This document shows, one piece after another, positions 29,206 through 37,406 of a DNA stretch of 64,000 nt. The stretch is from Candidatus Gastranaerophilus phascolarcticola. GTDB lineage: Bacteria > Cyanobacteriota > Vampirovibrionia > Gastranaerophilales > Gastranaerophilaceae. The translations under genes and the position numbers were made by a program. Every line of letters starts with the position of its first letter. Within the stretch, counting starts at the first letter, position 1. The stretch is taken from contig MOYE01000004.1 of the NCBI GenBank assembly GCA_001899335.1, positions 198,264 to 262,263 on the forward strand, read 5' to 3'. The notes under the pieces were generated by a model. That model saw only the letters and a program-made list of their open reading frames with translations, was not told the origin of the DNA and made no database searches.

Positions 29206-30567
29206 ATGAACAAAGATTTTATATTAAAATTAGTTAGACCGCATTTAAACTCAAAAAACGAATTAACTTATTTTGAATTTGAGAATATATTTGGCTCTTG
29301 GAAACGACAAGAACAGTATGAAATATGTGAAATTTTAGAAGATCTGGGAATTATTCTTGTTGATCAAAAAACTGCAGAAGCAAATGACGATAACAATGTT
29401 ACTGAAATTAATAAAAAAAATAAAAAAGAAATTATTATAACAAAAGCTGATATAGAAAATACTACAAGCCATACCAAAGATGGATTTACGGATATTAAAT
29501 TAGATATACACGAAAATTGTGATGAAAGACTTGCTATATTATATCAAAAAACAGATTATAGTTATTATATCGACAAATTAATACAAAAACATGTTGGTTT
29601 TATACGGAAAAGGGTTAATATAATAGGGAGATATTATAATCATAATTTTGAAGAGGAAGAACTTTTACAAATCGCAAAAATAGGATTTATGAAAGGGTGC
29701 AAACGTTTTGATATAAATAAAGGCAAAAATTTATTAACATATGTTGGTTGGTGGATTGATCAAGCTTTATATAGAGAAATTATAAATAATGGTTTTTTAG
29801 TACGATTACCTGTTCATATATGGGATAAAATAAAAAAAGTGACAAAATTTTTATCTTCAAATGATGAAACTGATATAGAGTATTTTTTAGAAAAGGAAAA
29901 CATATCAGAAGCAGAGTATGATGCAATTATTCAGTATCAGCAAAAATATTTAAATCCTGCATCGTTAGATGCTCAAATTGGTAATTGTGAAAATGTAGAG
30001 TTAATTGATGCAATATCTCAAGATGTACACTGTTTTTTAAGTAGATTTGCGGAAGCAGATGAAATATTGGAGGAAAAAGATTTGACAGATCTAATTCGCT
30101 ATATTTTAAATCAGTTATCTGCAAAAGAAAGAAATGTGATGATTTTGCGCTGCGGACTTGATAATAATGGAAGAGAAAAAACATTAGAAGAGATCGGGCA
30201 GCAGTATGGTGTATCAAGAGAAAGAATTCGTCAAATTGAACATAGAGCAAAAGCTAAAATATCAAAAATATTGAGAACAAATATTAATCCGGATGACGAA
30301 ATTATACAAGAGATGAAATCTAATACTCCAATGGAATTTGATAAAAATTATTTCTTTAAAAAGAATAATGTTTCCTATGTTCCGGAATTATCAGAAATGA
30401 TTGATCGTATTATAGATCTTAATAGTCAAGAAGACAATAATGAGAATTTATATGAAAAATTTAAAATTTGTGCCAGTCAAAATGGATATAATATTAAAAA
30501 TCTTAACAAGAAAGATATCTTAAATAAATTTAATCAACGAAAGGATTGTTATGTACGAAATAATTAA
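29206..30567 (+). CDS. sigma-70-family protein (RpoD-like regions 2, 3 and 4) with extra N- and C-terminal regions
   Basis: 453 aa. Region 2: LLQIAKIGFMKGCKRFDINKGKNLLTYVGWWIDQALYREIINNGFLVRLPVHIWDKIKKV. Region 4: LSAKERNVMILRCGLDNNGREKTLEEIGQQYGVSRERIRQIEHRAKAKI. Very AT-rich. Confidence 0.85.
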   Translation: MNKDFILKLVRPHLNSKNELTYFEFENIFGSWKRQEQYEICEILEDLGIILVDQKTAEANDDNNVTEINKKNKKEIIITKADIENTTSHTKDGFTDIKLDIHENCDERLAILYQKTDYSYYIDKLIQKHVGFIRKRVNIIGRYYNHNFEEEELLQIAKIGFMKGCKRFDINKGKNLLTYVGWWIDQALYREIINNGFLVRLPVHIWDKIKKVTKFLSSNDETDIEYFLEKENISEAEYDAIIQYQQKYLNPASLDAQIGNCENVELIDAISQDVHCFLSRFAEADEILEEKDLTDLIRYILNQLSAKERNVMILRCGLDNNGREKTLEEIGQQYGVSRERIRQIEHRAKAKISKILRTNINPDDEIIQEMKSNTPMEFDKNYFFKKNNVSYVPELSEMIDRIIDLNSQEDNNENLYEKFKICASQNGYNIKNLNKKDILNKFNQRKDCYVRNN

Positions 30568-33500
30568 AAAAAATTATACTGACATCAAGTCTGAATTAGA
30601 TTTAGCAAAAGGCATTATTGTACAAAAAGGATTCTCTATCGATATAGAAGATAAAATAGATATACAAAATTTATTCAATAAAGGACTTACTGCAAGTTGG
30701 GTAGAATTATATTCATCAAAGAGAAATATAATAACTTACGAAGAATTTTTATATTTTTACAACTTTATTATTAATGAATATGAAAACATTTATGTAGTTA
30801 ATAATAATATTTATAATAATTTTTATCCATTAAGTGTTGAAATTCCATTGGAAACAAAATTATTATTAAAAGATTTTTTTAGTGAAGATGTTGACGATAA
30901 TATATCTAATGTTCAAATTCTTGATGGCGAAAAATATACAAAAATTTTTTCTAACATAAAAAAAATAAATGAGAATTATTTTGTTAGATATAATGATATT
31001 TTTGAAATTGAAAATATTAAAATTAAAAATATAAATTTGTTCGACGCTGATAATATACAACCTCTGATTACTAAATATAAAGATGAATTATCTTCAGATA
31101 ATGTGTTATTTATACAAGAAACAGAGGATTACCTCTTTGTTTTAGAAAAATTATTGAATAATCAAGAAATATGCGTAAATCTTGATTCATATATCGGAGA
31201 AGATTCGATTAATAATAAACTTCAAATGATATCAACATACATAACTCCAATAACTATAATTAAATTAGAAGATAAAAATGAAGCACTGCAAACTGATCCA
31301 AAATTTAAAGAAATCTTAAAAAAATATTGGAAGCATGATTCTTTTAGAGATTTAAAAGTCTACAACTTTGAAAAAATAAAACATGGCATTAAAGAAATAG
31401 AAAAAATTTCGCAGGAAGACATTATCAGTGATATAGTTAATCAAGTTGAAATATTCAAAAATAATCCACAAGCCGATTATAGAGATATTTTTGTAACCGC
31501 ACCTACTGGAGCTGGCAAATCTGCAATGTTTTATATTCCAGCAATGTATTTAGCAGAGAAATATAATCTTGTAACTCTTGTAATACAACCCTTAATAGGC
31601 CTAATGAACGACCAAGTATCTAATATAGAAAAATTGGGCTATAAATATGCTAAAACAATAAATTCTGATATTTCTCAAATTGAAAAAGAAGAAATTATGG
31701 AAAAAATAAAAGAAGGTAAATGCCACATATTGCATTTATCTCCAGAATCACTACTAGCAAGAAATGATATCTCACAAATAATTGGAAATAGAAAAATAGG
31801 GATGATTGTTATAGATGAGGCTCATATCGTTACAACTTGGGGTAAACAATTTAGACCGGATTATTGGTATTTGGGTGATTACATAAAAAAATTAAGAAAA
31901 AAACAAACAATTGAACTCCATCCTTTTTTAATTACTACTTTTACAGCAACTGCTATTTATGGTGGTGAAGAAGACATGTATAAAGAAACTCTAAATAGTC
32001 TAAATATGCGTTTCCCAATAACCTACTTAGGATATGTAAAACGTGATGATATTGAAATAGAGATATCTGAATTAAAAAAGGAAACAAATAAAGAACAGTA
32101 TCAGCGAGACAAATTTGATTCATTAATTCAGGTAATTAACAGAGCTATTGGAACAAATAAGAAATTATTAATATATTTTCCTACAGTAAAATTAATAGAT
32201 TCTTTTTACACGTACTGTACCTCGAAGGACTTAAATAAATATATTGCACGATATCATGGACAAATGCAGGGCGACGATAAAAAAGAAAATGCAGAATTAT
32301 ATAAAAATAAAGAAAAACTTGTGATGCTGGCAACAAAAGCATTTGGTATGGGGATTGATATTAGTGACATTGAAATAGTTTGCCATTTTGCTCCAACTGG
32401 TAATGTTTGCGACTACGTACAAGAGATAGGAAGAGTCGCAAGAGATCCAAATTTAAAAGGTGAAGCAATATATTCTCATATGTCGAATGATTTTCAGCAT
32501 ATAAATAGGCTTCATGGTCTTTCTGCAGTAAAGAAATATCAATTGATTAAAGTTATACAAAAGGTGTATGAATTATATGAAATAAAATTAAAATCAGAGA
32601 ATTTAGATAATGTTCGTTTATCTAAAAAACGTAATGAAATGCTTGTAGATGCAGAAAACTTTACATATATTTTTGAAGGACCTTTGGAATCTTCTGAAGA
32701 TGAGCTTATCGCAAAAGTTAAAACTGCATTATTATTAATTCAAAAGGATTACACCTCAAAAATGGGCTTTTCACCTTTTGCAATGCGACCTTCAACATTA
32801 TATGCTCAAGGATTTTTCCAAATATCAGATGAGATTGTAGATAATTTAATTAAAAGATATGGTACTTCAACTTTTAAAGTATGTTCTTCAAAACATAAAG
32901 TATATTTAGTTAATTTGCAAAGAATATGGGAAAAAGATTATGGTAAAAATTATTCATTCCCTAATTTTAAGCGTTTATTATATACTTCAGATAAAGAATT
33001 AGAGAGTTACAATTTAAATAAATTAATACCTGCAACTCGCATAAGTTTTGAGTACATTGCAAATGAAACTAGTAGAAGAATTCATAATGCAATTATTAAT
33101 ATTTTGAGAAAATCTGCCTATGAAGATATATTTTTACAAGTCGAATCGAATGGCAAAAAAGATGCAACAAAAAATATTTCTGATTGTATAAGTGTAAGAT
33201 CAGGAATATCAACATTTAAAGCAAACGGAATTGCAAATATTTTAATTTCAACCATAAAAAATTATGCAAGAAATTATAGCAAGTCTATGAACGCTAAGAT
33301 CTTGGATTCACGACCAATAAAAACAGGAACTGATATATATAGATTTAATCGTCCAATAGAAGATTTTATTGAATGGTTAATTGAAATTAAAAGTTTTATA
33401 AGTAACAATGTCGCAGAAGATGGAAAAATTTATATTGTGAGAAATCAATCACAAAAAACAGAAAAAGAAATTATTACAGCATTAGGATTACTTGAAGCAA

Positions 33501-33781
33501 TAAATTATCTTACTTTTGAGGCAAGTGGTGGATTAAATAGCCAAATATATATCTATGTCAACCAAACAAAAACGATGGAAGAAGTTATACGCAAACCAAA
33601 CTTTTATAATAACAGATTGCTTGAAAAAGTTGCCGACAGGCATAAAATATCTGTTGCTATGTTATCCTATTTATATCAAAATGAATTTACAAGTAATGAA
33701 ATTTGGGACTATATTGAAAATTACTTTTTAGGTATTGTACCAGAAGAAGTAATTTCTTTAAGAGATCAGCTAAGGAAGTAA
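30551..33781 (+). CDS. RecQ-like superfamily-2 DNA helicase with large unassigned N- and C-terminal domains
   Basis: 1076 aa. The ATG lies 17 nt inside the sigma ORF, after AAGGA. Motifs TAPTGAGKSAMFYIPAM, VIQPLIGLMNDQV, VIDEAHIVTTWGKQFRPDY, LATKAFGMGIDISD and QEIGRVARD parallel RecQ. I could not recognise RQC or HRDC domains. Confidence 0.85.
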   Translation: MYEIIKKNYTDIKSELDLAKGIIVQKGFSIDIEDKIDIQNLFNKGLTASWVELYSSKRNIITYEEFLYFYNFIINEYENIYVVNNNIYNNFYPLSVEIPLETKLLLKDFFSEDVDDNISNVQILDGEKYTKIFSNIKKINENYFVRYNDIFEIENIKIKNINLFDADNIQPLITKYKDELSSDNVLFIQETEDYLFVLEKLLNNQEICVNLDSYIGEDSINNKLQMISTYITPITIIKLEDKNEALQTDPKFKEILKKYWKHDSFRDLKVYNFEKIKHGIKEIEKISQEDIISDIVNQVEIFKNNPQADYRDIFVTAPTGAGKSAMFYIPAMYLAEKYNLVTLVIQPLIGLMNDQVSNIEKLGYKYAKTINSDISQIEKEEIMEKIKEGKCHILHLSPESLLARNDISQIIGNRKIGMIVIDEAHIVTTWGKQFRPDYWYLGDYIKKLRKKQTIELHPFLITTFTATAIYGGEEDMYKETLNSLNMRFPITYLGYVKRDDIEIEISELKKETNKEQYQRDKFDSLIQVINRAIGTNKKLLIYFPTVKLIDSFYTYCTSKDLNKYIARYHGQMQGDDKKENAELYKNKEKLVMLATKAFGMGIDISDIEIVCHFAPTGNVCDYVQEIGRVARDPNLKGEAIYSHMSNDFQHINRLHGLSAVKKYQLIKVIQKVYELYEIKLKSENLDNVRLSKKRNEMLVDAENFTYIFEGPLESSEDELIAKVKTALLLIQKDYTSKMGFSPFAMRPSTLYAQGFFQISDEIVDNLIKRYGTSTFKVCSSKHKVYLVNLQRIWEKDYGKNYSFPNFKRLLYTSDKELESYNLNKLIPATRISFEYIANETSRRIHNAIINILRKSAYEDIFLQVESNGKKDATKNISDCISVRSGISTFKANGIANILISTIKNYARNYSKSMNAKILDSRPIKTGTDIYRFNRPIEDFIEWLIEIKSFISNNVAEDGKIYIVRNQSQKTEKEIITALGLLEAINYLTFEASGGLNSQIYIYVNQTKTMEEVIRKPNFYNNRLLEKVADRHKISVAMLSYLYQNEFTSNEIWDYIENYFLGIVPEEVISLRDQLRK

Positions 33782-33813
33782 ATTGTATTAATATTAATCC
33801 TCTGCATATTGCA

Positions 33814-33823
33814 GGGGGGGGGG
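33814..33823. repeat. homopolymeric G10 tract
   Basis: Ten consecutive G in a region otherwise about 20-25% G+C. It is continuous with the 3' arm (TGCAGGGG) of hairpin CCTCTGCA-TAT-TGCAGGGG, just after the helicase stop. Confidence 0.9.
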
Positions 33824-33934
33824 TAATATTAAAAAGTTATGAGGTAAAACATTTATTTTAATTATCATATCCTGATGATATTTTGTTCGGGTATGATGTA
33901 AGTTGATAAAAGTTTGGCATTTGTTCTGCATATC

Positions 33935-34024
33935 TTAAAGCATACTGTGAACAGTATGCTGATACCTGCTTCCTACTCTTGTACCGTCTTTTGTCCAGTA
34001 CTCAACATGATATGTGTCCATCAT
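33935..34024 (-). CDS. possible 29-codon small ORF with a strong Shine-Dalgarno sequence
   Basis: AAGGAGGTATAAAGCT precedes ATG ATG GAC..., giving MMDTYHVEYWTKDGTRVGSRYQHTVHSML*. Its 3' end contains the perfect inverted repeat GCATACTGT-GA-ACAGTATGC. Confidence 0.25.
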   Translation of the reverse strand: MMDTYHVEYWTKDGTRVGSRYQHTVHSML

Positions 34025-34553
34025 AGCTTTATACCTCCTTTATGTTAATTTGACACAACCCTATTGGAATGTCGTTATTTTTCTTTTTTGTTTAAAAATA
34101 TTTTTATGATCATTGGAATTTTTTCATCATATTTTGACCCAATATTAGGGTTTAAATCTGTTGCTGACACGAAATCCTCATATGCGCAGATATAATTCTT
34201 TAATCTATGATTGGCTAAACCTCTGTAATAATAGGCTTAATATCGTCTTCAAGTTCCAAAGTTTGATTAAAATCTTTGGTTGGAATACAACTTACAAACA
34301 CAAACTCAAAAAGCACAATCACCTATCTGACAGAATTTCAGAGATTTATAATTTTACAGAGTTTGAGTATTCAGACATTAACAGATTGCAGAGGCAATTT
34401 CAGAGGTTGATATTACAAAAGAAGCCGCTTGCATTGTCCATAATAAGGCAAAAAGTTTTAGAAAGATTGTAGAAATGATTGATATGTTTGAAAAAGTCGG
34501 ACAAGCAAATGGGCTAATCAAAATTGATGAAAATATATCTAAGGAGGTGCTTG

Positions 34554-34973
34554 GTGGATAGGATTCTAAAAGTTGCTAAAAGATTGAAAACCTTTACCCT
34601 CGAAGATATTGTTATGTATACCGGTCTTGATATGGAAATTGTTAAAGAGTTTCTTGAAAGCTCAGAAAATATAAAGGCTTTGGATGACAAATTTGAATAT
34701 ATTGAAACTATGCAATTCGAGGATAAATTTAAGATGATTGATAAGAATATACCTTCAAAAAATTCAGAGATTACTTTAATTGATGTTTGTGAGGAGTTTT
34801 TAAAAATTAAATATCAAACACTTTAACCAATGTCATATCAAACTTACAAGACTCTTATTTATGCCCAAATTATTCCGTATTTTAAGACATTTCATCTGAA
34901 AGATTTAAGGATTCAAGATATCCAAGATTTCAAAAATATATGCAAGAAAATAGAATTTTTGAACGTAGAATGA
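34554..34973 (+). pseudogene. tyrosine recombinase/integrase pseudogene (N-terminal part only, in-frame stop)
   Basis: AAGGAGG then GTG at 34554. The reading ...ITLIDVCEEFLKIKYQTL*PMSYQTYKTLIYAQIIPYFKTFHLKDLRIQDIQDF matches the integrase SAM-like N-domain. An in-frame TAA sits at 34824-34826 and the frame ends at 34971-34973. No catalytic domain follows. Confidence 0.6.
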
Positions 34974-35092
34974 AGGATATTCTATGTCGGAGTATGTCAT
35001 TGCCTGATATTGATAGACAATTATATAGAAAATATAATTTAACAGATGAGGAAATATCATATATTGAATCAACAATTAAACCAATGGAGTAA
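34970..35092 (+). pseudogene. C-terminal remnant resembling the tail of restriction/modification-associated enzymes
   Basis: The 40 aa MKDILCRSMSLPDIDRQLYRKYNLTDEEISYIESTIKPME* include an LY.KY.LTDEEI..IE tail. From memory this is common at the C-termini of R-M-type proteins, so the assignment is weak. Confidence 0.3.
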
Positions 35093-35109
35093 ATTTTTCA
35101 AAATACTTT

Positions 35110-36309
35110 TTAACGCACTTTTCGTATTTGTCTATTTAATCCCCAACAAGCGATGCTGTAATACAGCAAACATTGCAAAATCAATATCCAAAAATCATTG
35201 TGAACTTGAAAAAAATCTGCTCCCATTTGATTGATTTTTACCAATGCGTCTGCACCGGGTACTGCGGGAATGCAGGTCGCAAACAGGCGCAAAATTGGAT
35301 TAATTGCTTCGTTTGGCCATATAAAACCAAGTAAAAATACAATCGGAACAGAGCTTGGAATATATATAAAAAGAGCACTTTCTCGCGTTTTATAAAAATA
35401 TATAAGTGCTTGTGCTAAAAAGGAAACTGAAAACAAAAACGGAATTAAAATCAGTAATAACGATATTATTTTATATGTCATTTGATATGTTACCAATGGT
35501 GGATAAATAAGAAAATACAAGAATGAATAAACTAAATATAGTGCTACATGTGCCAAACTTTTTCCTAAAACAATTTCTGCGGAATTGTCGCTGAATTTAC
35601 AAAATTTTTCAATTTTTATATATTCAGCCTTGCCCTTGTGGGTTCTGATTGTTGTGCCACGCATTTTTTCTCTTAGCATTCCGCATATCATTCCAATTCC
35701 GATAAGCATTGTTTGGTGTAATATCATTATAAGAACGAGTGGATAAATGTAGTTTTGATAGCTTCCGACAGGATTATAGAGCGGTATATTTATAAATTCA
35801 AAAGGTATTTTAGTATTTTTAGCCTGAATTTTACTCATTCCCTGTTTCATATATGAACCGATTATTAAAGTATTATTTTTTGTATTTATTACCTCATTAA
35901 TTCCTGTCGCAATTTGTTTATAAACGGTCAAAAAAGCACTATCTGTGTAGGCAGTTATGAATGAGCCTTTGTTTCGTTTAATGTCACGTTCAAAATCTTT
36001 ACTAATTACAATAAATGCTTTTATTTCATCTTTATAATACTGTTTTTTTGCGGTTTCCAAATCAACGGGCTGTGTTTTAATTTTTATATATTCACTCGTA
36101 TCCAGTTCACGCACAATTTCGCGTGATAAAGCACTATTGTCGTTATTTATTATTCCGACAGGAACCTCTCTTACAATATGATTATGATAAGGGATTGTAT
36201 ACAAAATGGAATAAAGGAATATTCCGGCAACCATAATTGTAGCAACACCTTTATCCAAAATCATATTTTTAAATTCATCTTTAATTATTTTAACTAAATT
36301 TGATACCAT
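35110..36309 (-). CDS. ABC-2-type transporter permease
   Basis: 399 aa. N-terminal TM helix, a large periplasmic-type loop and a C-terminal cluster of TM helices, the YhhJ/YbhS-like layout. Confidence 0.75.
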   Translation of the reverse strand: MVSNLVKIIKDEFKNMILDKGVATIMVAGIFLYSILYTIPYHNHIVREVPVGIINNDNSALSREIVRELDTSEYIKIKTQPVDLETAKKQYYKDEIKAFIVISKDFERDIKRNKGSFITAYTDSAFLTVYKQIATGINEVINTKNNTLIIGSYMKQGMSKIQAKNTKIPFEFINIPLYNPVGSYQNYIYPLVLIMILHQTMLIGIGMICGMLREKMRGTTIRTHKGKAEYIKIEKFCKFSDNSAEIVLGKSLAHVALYLVYSFLYFLIYPPLVTYQMTYKIISLLLILIPFLFSVSFLAQALIYFYKTRESALFIYIPSSVPIVFLLGFIWPNEAINPILRLFATCIPAVPGADALVKINQMGADFFQVHNDFWILILQCLLYYSIACWGLNRQIRKVR

Positions 36310-37406
36310 AATTCTTCATTTAAAACTTTCTTTTTTAATAATGGCAGGCTTGAGACGCCCAAGAGGGAGATTGTCAAAATCCATACCAGGTATTTTATGT
36401 CATAAATCACGGGAATATCTCTTAATGCCTGATTAACTATCAAGTTAACAAAGGGTCTTACGGGCAGAAAAGAACTGTAAATTCTTGCAGCTAATGGCAT
36501 AGCGAATGCGGGGTATGTCATACCTGCAAAAGTAAATCCCAGTGAAACATAAACAGAACCCAAGCTAAATGCAAATCTTAAATTTGCCAGCAGGGCGATA
36601 AACAGAAGTCCCATCATTTGATAAGCAAAGATAAAAGCGCAGGCACCTATGAAAGTATAAAAAATACTACCTTCAAAAGGCGCAGTGCAAAATACGACAT
36701 AGAATATATAGCTGCAAGTAATTAAGATTGTAAGAATTAAAAAATATAAACTTAGTTTCCCGAAAACCGCGCTAACGATAGAATTATCTGCTGTGTGCAG
36801 CCATTCTTTTGTACTTCCTTGTCTAAATTCAATTCCTATTGACCAAACGGATAACAATACGGCAAAAACCTGAAAAACATGAGCAATTCCTGCATAAGTT
36901 AAAAAATAAGAATAGTTTAAATACGGGTTGGATTTTACCCTTTCATCAATAGAAATAAGATTTATGTTTGATTTTGTGAGACCCGATATAGCCGCTTGAA
37001 TATCTTTTGAAATCAGACCTCCTGTTAAAATCATCTGGTTATTATAGTAACAGACTATTTTAGGCTGTTTAGACATGTTTAAGTCGCTTTTAAAATCCCG
37101 CGGTATAACAAGCAGAGCATAAATTTTACCGTTTCTGATAAGATCGTAGCCTTCTTTTATGTTTGAAAGTTTGTATTTTATATTAACAGTTCTTGTTGAA
37201 TTAACGGTTCTGATAAGCGCCCTTGAGACATCACTGTTGTTTTCGTCCAAAACGGCGGTAGGTAAATTTATCGCGGTTCCGGAAATAAATGTCCAAATTA
37301 TTATCAGGGTAAAAAATAAGGGATAAACCAAAGTTATGAATAGAATAAAAGGTTTATGCCTTATTATGTTAAATTCCCTTTTAAAAACATTTATAAATCC
37401 CTTCAT
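36294..37406 (-). CDS. ABC-2-type transporter permease (paralogue)
   Basis: 370 aa with the same layout as its neighbour. Overlaps it by 16 nt. Confidence 0.75.
   Translation of the reverse strand: MKGFINVFKREFNIIRHKPFILFITLVYPLFFTLIIIWTFISGTAINLPTAVLDENNSDVSRALIRTVNSTRTVNIKYKLSNIKEGYDLIRNGKIYALLVIPRDFKSDLNMSKQPKIVCYYNNQMILTGGLISKDIQAAISGLTKSNINLISIDERVKSNPYLNYSYFLTYAGIAHVFQVFAVLLSVWSIGIEFRQGSTKEWLHTADNSIVSAVFGKLSLYFLILTILITCSYIFYVVFCTAPFEGSIFYTFIGACAFIFAYQMMGLLFIALLANLRFAFSLGSVYVSLGFTFAGMTYPAFAMPLAARIYSSFLPVRPFVNLIVNQALRDIPVIYDIKYLVWILTISLLGVSSLPLLKKKVLNEELWYQI

Larger units (their letters stand above)
27580..35092. mobile_element. decayed integrative element / prophage remnant region downstream of tRNA-Ala
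   Basis: Sharp drop in G+C, an orphan tRNA 3' fragment, a phage Mu-F-like fragment, headless gene fragments, an integrase pseudogene and a possible R-M-type tail. Only the sigma/helicase pair and a VRR-NUC gene are intact. Confidence 0.55.

Noticed and set aside
30841-31080. Apparent tandem repetition (AATATTAAAATTAAAAATATAAAT and similar) inside the helicase gene, considered as a repeat array or CRISPR-like feature.
   Set aside because: This is only low-complexity AT-rich coding sequence (Asn/Ile/Lys-rich). There is no regular repeat-spacer periodicity. No CRISPR array is present anywhere in the window.
34161-34472. A 103-aa ORF in the island.
   Set aside because: Neighbouring frames on both strands contain equally plausible protein-like stretches without starts, so the region looks like a mosaic of frame-broken remnants. 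The 103-aa translation itself has no motif.
35046-35234. A 62-aa plus-strand ORF spanning the end of the ABC-2 permease gene.
   Set aside because: It overlaps the well-supported minus-strand permease and the R-M-like tail fragment, and it has no motif.
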